This document shows, piece after piece, positions 39,959-48,923 of a DNA stretch of 64,000 nt. The notes under the pieces are model-generated. The model was not told the origin of the DNA. It searched no databases and saw only the letters and a list, made by a program, of their open reading frames with translations. A program made the translations under genes and the position numbers. Every line of letters begins with the position of its first letter. Positions within the stretch are counted from its first letter, which is position 1. This DNA comes from Promethearchaeota archaeon Loki_b32 (GTDB lineage: Archaea; Asgardarchaeota; Lokiarchaeia; Sigyniarchaeales; SOKP01): the NCBI GenBank assembly GCA_005223125.1, contig NJBH01000003.1:128001-192000 (forward strand), given 5' to 3'.

Positions 39959-40678
39959 ATGTTTGGTGGAGCTCAGCGCGCATATGATCGTGCACTTACT
40001 GTTTTTAGCCCAGAAGGAAGGTTGTATCAGGTAGAGTATGCATTAGAGGCAGTTAGAAGAGGAACTCTTGCTGTAGCAGTAAAATCTAAAGATGATGTCT
40101 GTATAGCAGCCCAAATTAAAATACCATCAATATTAATAGATGCTGATGCAATAGATAAAATTTTTCAAGTAGATGAACATATCGGAGTAGCAATTTCTGG
40201 TTTACATGCTGATTCTCGAGCACTGATTAATTACTCCCGAGTCCAAGCTCAATCATTTAGATTGACATATGATGAACCAGTAAGGCTTAACATGTTGGCC
40301 AAAAGCATTGCTGATTTAACTCAGCAGTATTCTCAGTTTGGAGGTATTAGACCTTTCGGATGTGCGCTTTTTTTCATTGCGATTGATGCGGGGGGCCCAC
40401 AAATTTATACTGTTTCACCAAGTGGAATATATCGTTCATTCAAATCATATGCGATTGGAACAGGAGAGGCAAGTGCGAGAGAATATCTTATTGAGAATTA
40501 TAAAGAAGAAATGACTTTTGATGAGCTTATAAATTTTACTTTAAAAACACTTAAAGAATCGATTAATGAAGATGCCACTAAAGAGAATATTCGATTGGCA
40601 TATATTAAAGGTGAAGACAAAAAGTTTCATATGTGTAATAAAGAAGAAGTAGAAGAATTTTTGAATAAATTATCATAA
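39959..40678 (+). CDS. psmA: 20S proteasome alpha subunit
   Basis: YDRALTVFSPEGRLYQVEYA, RPFG. Confidence 0.95.
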   Translation: MFGGAQRAYDRALTVFSPEGRLYQVEYALEAVRRGTLAVAVKSKDDVCIAAQIKIPSILIDADAIDKIFQVDEHIGVAISGLHADSRALINYSRVQAQSFRLTYDEPVRLNMLAKSIADLTQQYSQFGGIRPFGCALFFIAIDAGGPQIYTVSPSGIYRSFKSYAIGTGEASAREYLIENYKEEMTFDELINFTLKTLKESINEDATKENIRLAYIKGEDKKFHMCNKEEVEEFLNKLS

Positions 40679-40787
40679 TCTTTCTTTTTGAAATCATCAT
40701 AAAAGAATTTATTTTTGGAATCTATATTATAGATATTAATATAATATCTAGAATTTTTCTTATATAACGAAAAAATAGGCAACCGTC

Positions 40788-41180
40788 ATGGCTAAGAAGA
40801 AGATTAGAGAAGAGTTCGATAAACTTTTTAAGAAAGGCAATGAAAAAGCAATTAAAAAGATGTTAGATAAGAATCCATGGCTACTTAACGAAGTTTCGCA
40901 TACTATGGGCGCGGGAATGGTAGAACAATCTCAAATTATTGCGGCTTTAGGCGTAATGGAAGATGAACTTGGAGGTCCCGTACCAATTGATGAGATTATA
41001 TTTAGTTTAAGAGTTGATTTTAATATTCGAAAAAGTGAGGATGAAGTACATACGATTTTAACTAGTGCTGAAAATCTGCATCTTGTAAAAAGAGATGCTA
41101 ATGGGTGGAGTTTGACAAATGAAGGAGGTAGAATTTGCGACGATTATCTAAATAAAAATCTAGGTAAATTTGATTTATAA
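40788..41180 (+). CDS. Hypothetical protein with C-terminal winged-helix-like region
   Basis: DEI...L......EV..IL..AE..HLV......WSLT.EG. Confidence 0.6.
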   Translation: MAKKKIREEFDKLFKKGNEKAIKKMLDKNPWLLNEVSHTMGAGMVEQSQIIAALGVMEDELGGPVPIDEIIFSLRVDFNIRKSEDEVHTILTSAENLHLVKRDANGWSLTNEGGRICDDYLNKNLGKFDL

Positions 41181-41294
41181 TTGCTTAAATATTTATTTTC
41201 GTTAAATGATTTTTAAATTATAACTAAATTATTATATAAATTTGTATTGAGATTTTTGTTTAATAAGTTCATTCTTAATTCTTCTTAAAAATAG

Positions 41295-44200
41295 GTGAAA
41301 TTTATGGAAGAGAAAAGAGAAGAAGATTTAGATCAAGAATTCGATGATGAGGAGTTAGATTTAACGAAGGATGCTTTTTTTGCCGATATGATAGAGATGG
41401 AGGAAGAGATTGCTACAGAAGCCTATGAGTTAGTGGAACATGCGCTTAATTTAATAACGTCGCATTATTATGATGATGGCATTGAAATTCTTCGTCAGGC
41501 TATAGGACTATATACCCAGATAAATAGAGAAGATGAAATTAAAGCTATAAATGAAAAAATATCAGAGGTTTACATACTAAAAGAACAAGCATTCAGGGAA
41601 GTTGAAATTGAAGCAGATAAAGTAGTTGAAAAGTTTGAGGAAATTGAAGAAGTTGAGGTTACTGAAGAAGTTGGAAAGATTGAAGAAGTTGGACGGGCTG
41701 AAGATTTGGAAGTAGAGGTAGATTTGATTAAGAAAGCAGACCAATTAGTAGTTGAAGCCCATCAATTAACAAAAAATAACAGATTTGAGGAATCTCTTGA
41801 TAAATATGATGAAGCGGAAAAAATTCTTGAAGAGTTAGGTAAAACAGATGAAGTCGAAAGATTATATTCATTAATTGAAGATTGTTATAATAAAAAGGCT
41901 GACTTCTTACGGAGCGTTAAGAAAGAAGAACTAGAAGAGGAACTAGTGGTTAGTGAAGAATTAGAAGCGCCACGAAGTGAGGAGCAGTTAAAAGCTAAAA
42001 GATTAAAAAAGTTTCTTGAAACAAAAAAGCATGAGGAAGAGATCTCCTCTAGGGCGTATGAAGTATTAGACAAAGCGGTAGAGTTAGCTAAATTACATGA
42101 ATATGATCAAGCTTTGAGTTTATATGAAGAAGGAGCAAATTTGTTTAAAGAATTGAACTGGACTTATGAAACCAAGAAAATTAGGGATACAATAGAGCAA
42201 TTAGAAAAAGAAAAATTTAGGCATTTTCAAGCTCTTGAAAAAGAAAAAGTACAAATTGAGCAAAAAATTGAAACTGAACTTCAAAAAGAAAAACTAATTG
42301 ATCAGCAGGTAAAAGAAATAGAGGAGAAGAAAAAACTTACTCAGATGGAAAGGATAAGAGGAATAGAATTTCAAAAAATGGAAACCGAATTCTTCAAAGT
42401 ACAAATTGATAATATGGTAACTGAAGCTGCTAGAATGGCACGCGAATATGAATTGGCAATGCAGAAAGCTATAAAAAAAGGAAGATTAGTAGAAGAATGT
42501 ATTTATCCTAAAGTTATTGAAATTTATAAAAAAGTAAAGGAATTACTTATTGATAAAGGTTGGAATAATGAAGCAGCTATTTATGATGATACAATAAAAG
42601 TTTATATTCAGAAATTTGAAAAGGATCAAAAGGTAAGACAAATCGAAGCTGAAAAGACTATAAAACAGAAAGAAGCGGAAGAATTGATTAAGTTTAAAAA
42701 AGAAGATGTAGAAGCGGAATTGAGCGAAGAGCAATTAAGAGCTAGAGAAAAACACCGTCAAGGGGAAATAGAAATACAAAATATTCGAAATAGCATAGAA
42801 GAAATGACAAAAAGAGCCGAACGAGTAGGAAGAGAGTATGAAGTAGCGTTAAGGAAAGGGAAATTTGAATTAAAATGTCCATACCCTGAAATTATCAATA
42901 TCTATGAAAAAGCCAAAGAAATGGCACAAGAAAGAGGATGGGATACAGATGTAGCAATTTTCTTAAGTCAGATTAACAAATTTAAAGAAAAATTAGAGAA
43001 AGACAAAAGATTACGACAAATAGAAGCTGAAAAGGCAAAAAAGCAAGAAGAAGTAGAAGAAATGCATAAAGTTAAAAAAGAAGAACTTGGAGTAGGTTTA
43101 AATGCTGAGAAGCTCAAATTATTAGAGGAACAAAGAAGATTAGAAGAAGAAAAAGAAGATTTTGATGAAATTTTAAATACAATGATAAATCGAGCCGAAA
43201 AAATGGCTCGGGAATATGATGTTGCTATGAAAAAAGCCATAAGAAAGGGGGAATTGGCAGAAAACCCTCCATTTTTAAAGATTATTAGTATTTATGAAAG
43301 AGTAATACGAATGTTACTTGATAAAGGAAGAAATGAAGAAGCTGCCACATATGGAAATCAAATAACTTTTTACAATCAAAAATTAGAAAAAGATAATAAA
43401 TTAAGAGAAGTTGAGGCGCAAAAAGCCCAAAGAGAAAAAGCACTTGAAGATATGCACAAAGTAGGAAAAAAAGTCGAAATTGATCAAAAAAAATTAAGCA
43501 CTGTTGAGAAAAAAAGAGAAGAAAAAGAATTTCAGAAATACATTATCAATATGGCCAATAAAGCAGAAAAATTAGAGAGAGAATTTGATTCATCAATGAA
43601 AAAAGCTGTAAAAAAAGGGGGTGTAATAGAACAAACACCATATTCCGAAATAATAGAAATATATAAGCAAATTAAAGACAATTTATATGAGAGAGGCTGG
43701 ATAGAACAATCACAAATTTATTCAAACCAAATAAAGATTTATCAAGAGAAATCAGAGAAACATGAAAAATTACTAAAAATTGAAGCTCAAAAAATTCAAA
43801 GAGAAAAGGAGTTTGGAGAATTACAAAAAGTAGGTAAAAAAGAAATTAAACCTGCTAAACCTGAAAAAATAAAAGAACTTGAAACTGAAGACAAAGAAGA
43901 AGATATATTTTTAGATAAAGCAATGAACCTGATTGATGAAGCTGAAAAAGATGTTAGAAGCTATGAACTAAGTATCAAAAAAGATATTTTGGTATATGAG
44001 AGTCCTTATATTAAAGCAATTTCTAATTATGAAGAAGCTAGAGAATTATTCAAAAAAATAGGATGGAATGATGAAGCTAACAGATTAATTAAAACTATTA
44101 AATTTTATAAGGATAAAAAAGAAAAAGATGATAAATTAAGAATAATTGAACAAAAGAAATTAGAGAAACCAGAAATTAAATTGGAAGCGGTTAAGACTGA

Positions 44201-45866
44201 AACTGAAAAAGAATTTTTAAAAAGGCAGGAGAGGTTGGCAGAATTTGAAGAAAAACAGAAGGAAGCTGATGAGATTGCTGTAAAGATCTTCAGTATGATT
44301 CAAAATGCTGAGAGAATGGCTCAAGAATACGAATTAAAACTAAAATCTGGAGTTTTTGACTATGAAGCCCCTTATGAAAAAATTATTGATATATATCGCG
44401 AAGCACGAAAGCGTTTTGAAGAAGTCAATTGGAAAGAAGAATCCGTAAAATTAATAGATACTGTTAACTTTTATAAAGAGAAACTGGCGCAAGATAAAAA
44501 AATTCGCGCTTTAGAATCAGAGAAGGCTAAAAAAAGAGAAGAAGAATTGATGCTTCAACAGGACCTATTAGAGCAAGCGAGATTGGAACAAGAAAAATTG
44601 ATACAACAGAGAAAAGAATCTTTACATTTAAAAAAAGAACGTATAGCTCAGTTTGAAACTTATAAAGATAAAGCCTTTCGGTTAATGGATCAAGCTAAAC
44701 GTGAATTAAGACAAAGTAATTTTGTGAAAGCTATAGAATTTTATAAAGAGAGTGAAAAAATATTCATTGATATAAAATGGGAAGAAGGAATTAAAATGGT
44801 TCGAGATTCAGTCGTAATGATAAGTGGCAAGAAAAAGGCTTATGAACTCGAACAAAAGTCGATTGAAGAAAGAAAAGTTGAAAAATTACTAATAGAAGAA
44901 AAGATAGAAGCAAAATTAGCGGAGGCTCAAGATATAAGAAGAAAACAACAAGAAAAGAAGAGAAGAGAATTTTTAAAAATTCAGAGGGGAAAAGAACAGG
45001 AAAGGGAGATTTCTACAGAGGCGTATGGACTTTTGGAAGAAGGAACCGCTTTAATGGCACGCAAAAATTTCACAGAAGCTTTCGATAGATATATGGAAGC
45101 TCGAGAATTATTTAAAAAAATTTCTTGGCAACGAGAGGTTTCGAGAATAAATAATGAACTATTATTCAAACTTAAAAGGGAGAGGAAGAACGCTGAGATT
45201 CTAGAAGAGATCAAAGTAAAGAAAGTTGAAGAAGAGAAAGAAATAACACTATTAAAAGAAGAAGCAAAGAAAGACCGTAGAGAATTTGAGAGAAGAAAGA
45301 AAGAAGAAAAACGTAAACGCGCCAAAGAAGAACTTGGTAGAAAGATTTCCATTAAATTAGATAAAGCAAGCAAGTTAATCGATGGTTTTAGATATAATGA
45401 GGGAATATTAATGATGCAAGAAGAGCTCCAAAGATTAACAAAATTAGAAAAACATGATGAAATAAAGAGAATTCAGGAACAAATTGATAATTTAAAAGAT
45501 GGAGCGGAAATTCCATTAATAACATTAGACGTTAATTCTAAAGATGTTCAAAATAAAAATTTTAAATCTGCATATAAAGCGTTAGATGAAGCTTATGTAT
45601 CAATTGCTAATAATCTCTTCAAGAAAGCGATTTCTGAATTAAGTGAAGCCAAATTTAAACTCAAGGAACTACACATTGGAAAAAAATTCATGAAAGAAAT
45701 TGATAAAAAAATCAATGAATTCAAAAGTAAAGTTAGTAAAAAACCAATCAAAGAAAAAGAAGAGCCTGTTGAAGACGAAATGGAAATTCTCAGAAGACGT
45801 GTTGCTGCAAGACGGGAAGAGAGAAGGAAAAAGGTATTAAATTTATTGGGAAAGCATGAAGAATAA
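41295..45866 (+). CDS. Giant E/K-rich helical repeat protein (MIT/TPR-like units with charged linkers)
   Basis: Six AE+..REY....KG....PY..II.IY......GW..E units plus flanking three-helix-like units. Confidence 0.8.
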   Translation: MKFMEEKREEDLDQEFDDEELDLTKDAFFADMIEMEEEIATEAYELVEHALNLITSHYYDDGIEILRQAIGLYTQINREDEIKAINEKISEVYILKEQAFREVEIEADKVVEKFEEIEEVEVTEEVGKIEEVGRAEDLEVEVDLIKKADQLVVEAHQLTKNNRFEESLDKYDEAEKILEELGKTDEVERLYSLIEDCYNKKADFLRSVKKEELEEELVVSEELEAPRSEEQLKAKRLKKFLETKKHEEEISSRAYEVLDKAVELAKLHEYDQALSLYEEGANLFKELNWTYETKKIRDTIEQLEKEKFRHFQALEKEKVQIEQKIETELQKEKLIDQQVKEIEEKKKLTQMERIRGIEFQKMETEFFKVQIDNMVTEAARMAREYELAMQKAIKKGRLVEECIYPKVIEIYKKVKELLIDKGWNNEAAIYDDTIKVYIQKFEKDQKVRQIEAEKTIKQKEAEELIKFKKEDVEAELSEEQLRAREKHRQGEIEIQNIRNSIEEMTKRAERVGREYEVALRKGKFELKCPYPEIINIYEKAKEMAQERGWDTDVAIFLSQINKFKEKLEKDKRLRQIEAEKAKKQEEVEEMHKVKKEELGVGLNAEKLKLLEEQRRLEEEKEDFDEILNTMINRAEKMAREYDVAMKKAIRKGELAENPPFLKIISIYERVIRMLLDKGRNEEAATYGNQITFYNQKLEKDNKLREVEAQKAQREKALEDMHKVGKKVEIDQKKLSTVEKKREEKEFQKYIINMANKAEKLEREFDSSMKKAVKKGGVIEQTPYSEIIEIYKQIKDNLYERGWIEQSQIYSNQIKIYQEKSEKHEKLLKIEAQKIQREKEFGELQKVGKKEIKPAKPEKIKELETEDKEEDIFLDKAMNLIDEAEKDVRSYELSIKKDILVYESPYIKAISNYEEARELFKKIGWNDEANRLIKTIKFYKDKKEKDDKLRIIEQKKLEKPEIKLEAVKTETEKEFLKRQERLAEFEEKQKEADEIAVKIFSMIQNAERMAQEYELKLKSGVFDYEAPYEKIIDIYREARKRFEEVNWKEESVKLIDTVNFYKEKLAQDKKIRALESEKAKKREEELMLQQDLLEQARLEQEKLIQQRKESLHLKKERIAQFETYKDKAFRLMDQAKRELRQSNFVKAIEFYKESEKIFIDIKWEEGIKMVRDSVVMISGKKKAYELEQKSIEERKVEKLLIEEKIEAKLAEAQDIRRKQQEKKRREFLKIQRGKEQEREISTEAYGLLEEGTALMARKNFTEAFDRYMEARELFKKISWQREVSRINNELLFKLKRERKNAEILEEIKVKKVEEEKEITLLKEEAKKDRREFERRKKEEKRKRAKEELGRKISIKLDKASKLIDGFRYNEGILMMQEELQRLTKLEKHDEIKRIQEQIDNLKDGAEIPLITLDVNSKDVQNKNFKSAYKALDEAYVSIANNLFKKAISELSEAKFKLKELHIGKKFMKEIDKKINEFKSKVSKKPIKEKEEPVEDEMEILRRRVAARREERRKKVLNLLGKHEE

Positions 45867-45909
45867 ACATCTTTTTCTCCAATATCAAAAAAGAATAAAA
45901 AAAATTATT

Positions 45910-46131
45910 TTAATTTACTAAATTTTCTTGAAGTTCGTTTTCCAACTCAGATTCTATCAAACTAGGAGAAAGACTCCTATTTATAGATTCTTCTATCAAA
46001 TATTCTGTTCTAATTAAGTCTCGAATCGCCACTCGAATCGCTTCACTCCTATTCGGGAATTTTCCGTCAACGACAAGGATCTCTAATACTTTTAGATAAG
46101 ATTCAGGTAAGTTTACTGAAATTAGTTTCAT
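45910..46131 (-). CDS. Ribbon-helix-helix regulator, CdrS-like
   Basis: MKLISVNLP...G.FPNRSEAIR.AIRDL. Confidence 0.85.
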   Translation of the reverse strand: MKLISVNLPESYLKVLEILVVDGKFPNRSEAIRVAIRDLIRTEYLIEESINRSLSPSLIESELENELQENLVN

Positions 46132-46152
46132 ATTTATACATACCTCAGTGAT

Positions 46153-46219
46153 ATATTTAAAGGTTTAGTGGAAATCGACCCCAAGAAATCCGACAGAATG
46201 CATGAATGCCTTTAAATAT
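46153..46219 (-). promoter_or_regulatory. Structured leader candidate upstream of the RHH gene
   Basis: Perfect 11-bp inverted repeat ATATTTAAAGG/CCTTTAAATAT enclosing a G.U-rich CUUG-capped hairpin on the minus strand. Confidence 0.45.
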
Positions 46220-46318
46220 GCATCTAGAATAATTTCCTATCAGTCATTTAACAATTGGTCATCTTATAAAACATTTAGTAAATTGTGATATTTCAATTCA
46301 TTCCCAAAATTTTTATAT

Positions 46319-46341
46319 ATGTACTATATGTAACATGTAAC
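46319..46341. promoter_or_regulatory. ATGTA(A)C direct repeats in a divergent promoter, possible RHH binding sites
   Basis: ATGTAC-tat-ATGTAAC-ATGTAAC next to TTTTATATAT. Confidence 0.35.
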
Positions 46342-46403
46342 ACTAGATAATTAAAAAAATATTAGGAAAAAAAAATTTTACGGAAAATATTACATAAAAA
46401 GGG

Positions 46404-46727
46404 ATGAAAATGTCAAATATTGAAAACCAATTAGAAGATCATTTAAAAGGTGGAGCAGACTGGGAAAAAATGGAAACTCCTATTCCAGGTGTTTTTGTAG
46501 TCAAGGTTCCTGCAACAAAAACCAAACCAGCATTATTGTTCTTAGAGGTTAATCCTTTAAAGGATGATGGAAAGCCCCTAAAAAAGAGAGGGTTATTTAT
46601 AGGCTCTAAAGAAATGCTTTTAAAATTTAGTGAAGCGTTGAATGACGATAAAACCTTTCAATTGATTGGAGAATTAGAGAAAATAAATCCTGAAGTTAAA
46701 ACAAAAGCCAAAAAATTAAAGATGTAA
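46404..46727 (+). CDS. Hypothetical archaeal-type protein
   Basis: Clean ORF, DWEK..T.IPGVFVVK.P...LEVNP...GKP.KKRGL. Confidence 0.7.
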   Translation: MKMSNIENQLEDHLKGGADWEKMETPIPGVFVVKVPATKTKPALLFLEVNPLKDDGKPLKKRGLFIGSKEMLLKFSEALNDDKTFQLIGELEKINPEVKTKAKKLKM

Positions 46728-46921
46728 TGATGAAATTGTTTCTTATAATTCATCAATGCCAATTTAGTTTTAACTTTTAAGAAAATATTTTATTTATTAA
46801 ATTTATTATTAATTTAATATTACTATAGAGGAAAAGTATAAATTTCAATTACTTTAAACCTATAATATAAAAAAATTGTCAAATTAAAGAAATCATTAAA
46901 AATTAGAGTTGAAATAGAAAA

Positions 46922-47235
46922 ATGTCAGAAGCAGACGGAATTCACTGTCAAGTTTGTGGAAAAGATCAATTTTCTCTTGCTCACGATGAGTTAAATTCCT
47001 AAATCAGGTTTTACGTCATTGGATGAGAAGGGCATTTCCCTTTGTCGAGCAAGGTCAATTAAAAATGTGTGCTGGATGTGGAGCAAAATATCTGGTTTGT
47101 GAGAGTTGTGGAGGTTTATATTGTCGAATTCATCCAGCTTTAGAGAGTTGGGAACTTCCTGATAAATGTTCTAAGTGTGGACATGTAAATAAAGATGTAA
47201 CTGCCTGGGATGGTACATCTGCTCGTCACTTCTAA
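46922..47235 (+). CDS. Double zinc-ribbon protein (94 aa when spliced; exons 46922-46990 and 47020-47235)
   Basis: Exon 1 MSEADGIHCQVCGKDQFSLAHDE plus exon 2 WMRRAFPF...CAGC..CESC..CSKC gives four CxxC. SD-like GAGTTGA precedes ATG 46922. Confidence 0.75.
46991..47019 (+). other. Candidate 29-nt bulge-helix-bulge mRNA intron
   Basis: Central helix GAUG/CGUC, 3-nt bulges AGU and AUU, inner helix UAAA/UUUA. Cutting after nt 2 of each bulge removes exactly 29 nt and the in-frame TAA. Confidence 0.7.
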
Positions 47236-47417
47236 TATCCTTATATTACTTCGTTTATTTAATTTTAATTTTTTTAAAATGCTATTATTTTAATTAAAAG
47301 CTGTATTCTTTAATATCTCATCTGTTATTTTATTAAATTTAAGTCAAGAAAATTTAAATTTTAAAATTGCAATAATAATGTTAATAAGAAAGTTTATGAC
47401 ATACACGATGATTTAAC

Positions 47418-47900
47418 ATGAGTTCAAATATTAAAGTACAAGTCGCGAATCCTGAAGACATTGATGATTTAAGAGATTTAACAAAGCAATTAATTGAAGG
47501 ATTGGGGCAGAAATTTGATCCAAAACGCTTTGATTGGGGAATTCGACGTCGTCTTTATGATCCTCTTCAACGCCATGGAATACTATTAGCTTTAGATGAA
47601 GATAATGATGATTTTGTGGGAATGATTATCGCAGAACTTAGAATTGATCCATTTGGATCATCAGAAGGAGCTATCAAGCAATTTTTTCTGAAAGAACCTT
47701 ATCGTAAGAAAGGAGTGGGGAGTCTTCTATTAGAAAAAGCATTAGAACATTTGAAAAAAATAAAAGTGGAGAAAATTAGGGTAAATATTAAGGAAAAAGC
47801 CGTAGGAGCAGCTAAGTTATATGAAAAAATGAACTTTAAAAAAGTTTATGAAGTCTTAGAATTAGACTTAATGAAAGAGAGCAAGTGGAATAAAGAATAA
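47418..47900 (+). CDS. GNAT-family acetyltransferase
   Basis: YRKKGVGSLLL acetyl-CoA motif, A.KLYEKMNF. Confidence 0.88.
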   Translation: MSSNIKVQVANPEDIDDLRDLTKQLIEGLGQKFDPKRFDWGIRRRLYDPLQRHGILLALDEDNDDFVGMIIAELRIDPFGSSEGAIKQFFLKEPYRKKGVGSLLLEKALEHLKKIKVEKIRVNIKEKAVGAAKLYEKMNFKKVYEVLELDLMKESKWNKE

Positions 47901-47909
47901 TTTGAAAAG

Positions 47910-48881
47910 ATGAGTTTAGAAATACCATGGGTCGAGAAATATCGCCCAAAGACATTTAATGATATTGTGAGTCAAAGTATTGCAATTAATAATCTTAAAA
48001 AATTCGTACAGAATACTAATATACCACACCTTATTTTTACTGGCCCTGCGGGAACGGGAAAAACTAGTACTGCTTTAATAATAGCAAGACATTTTCTTAA
48101 AAAAGAAGAGTTAGATACCAATCTTTTAGAATTAAATGCTTCTGATACAGTTAGAATTGATTTTGTAAGAAATGTGTTAAAGAATTTTGTTAATCAAAGT
48201 CTTTTTAAAGATGGGTCTTTAAAATTTATTGTTTTAGATGAAGCAGATAATATTCCAGGACAAGTCCAACAAGCACTTAGAAGAATCATTGAAAAAACGT
48301 CTAATAACATAAAATTCATTCTTTTATGTAATTACATAAATAAGATAATAGATCCAATTATATCACGATGCGCTGTATTCAGATTTGTATCTTTACCAAA
48401 GGAGAAAATAATAGAAAGATTAAAATATATTAGTGAAGAAGAGAAATTAAAAATACCTTCTGAGAAGAGAGAAGAATTTTTTAAGCATTTGTTTTTTATT
48501 TCAGGAGGGGATTTAAGAAAAGCGATAAATACCCTTCAAATGTCGGTCGCTCTTGAACTTCTGGAAAATTTAGACTTAAATGAGATTTTAAAAATTTCAG
48601 GATTTTTAGATGTGGGAACTTTGGAAAATCTAATTACAGCAATTAAAAATAAAGATTTTATTAAATCTAAAGAGATTATTCGGTTAATTGAAACCCTTGA
48701 TAGCCGTAATTTCATAAGACAAATATCAGAAGTTTTACCATCACTAAATATTGCCCCTGTAAATATTATTAATTTAAAAACATATATTGGAGATATAGAT
48801 TATCGAATAAGCCAAGGAGCAGATGAATTTATACAGATTTCGGCACTTCTAGCAATGATAATTGAAAATGTTCAATCTTAA
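47910..48881 (+). CDS. rfcS: Replication factor C small subunit
   Basis: PWVEKYRP, GPAGTGKT, LELNASD, LDEAD, SRC, GDLRKAIN. Confidence 0.93.
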   Translation: MSLEIPWVEKYRPKTFNDIVSQSIAINNLKKFVQNTNIPHLIFTGPAGTGKTSTALIIARHFLKKEELDTNLLELNASDTVRIDFVRNVLKNFVNQSLFKDGSLKFIVLDEADNIPGQVQQALRRIIEKTSNNIKFILLCNYINKIIDPIISRCAVFRFVSLPKEKIIERLKYISEEEKLKIPSEKREEFFKHLFFISGGDLRKAINTLQMSVALELLENLDLNEILKISGFLDVGTLENLITAIKNKDFIKSKEIIRLIETLDSRNFIRQISEVLPSLNIAPVNIINLKTYIGDIDYRISQGADEFIQISALLAMIIENVQS

Positions 48882-48923
48882 TTAATCATGAATACGAAAT
48901 TTTAGAATCGAAGGTAATCAAAC

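Noticed and set aside
46990-47007. GT...AG segment (GTTAAATTCCTAAATCAG) resembling a spliceosomal intron
   Set aside because: Removing these 18 nt does not restore the frame, whereas the 29-nt BHB excision does.
46991-47019. Resemblance of the intron to the 29-bp cassette repeat (TAAAT...GGTTTT, same length)
   Set aside because: The shared words are short, differently spaced and expected by chance in AT-rich DNA.
46991-47022. Alternative 32-nt excision (GAG|ATG) using helix GAUG/CAUU
   Set aside because: It is in frame, but neither flanking helix stacks on the bulges. The 29-nt fold is closer to canonical.
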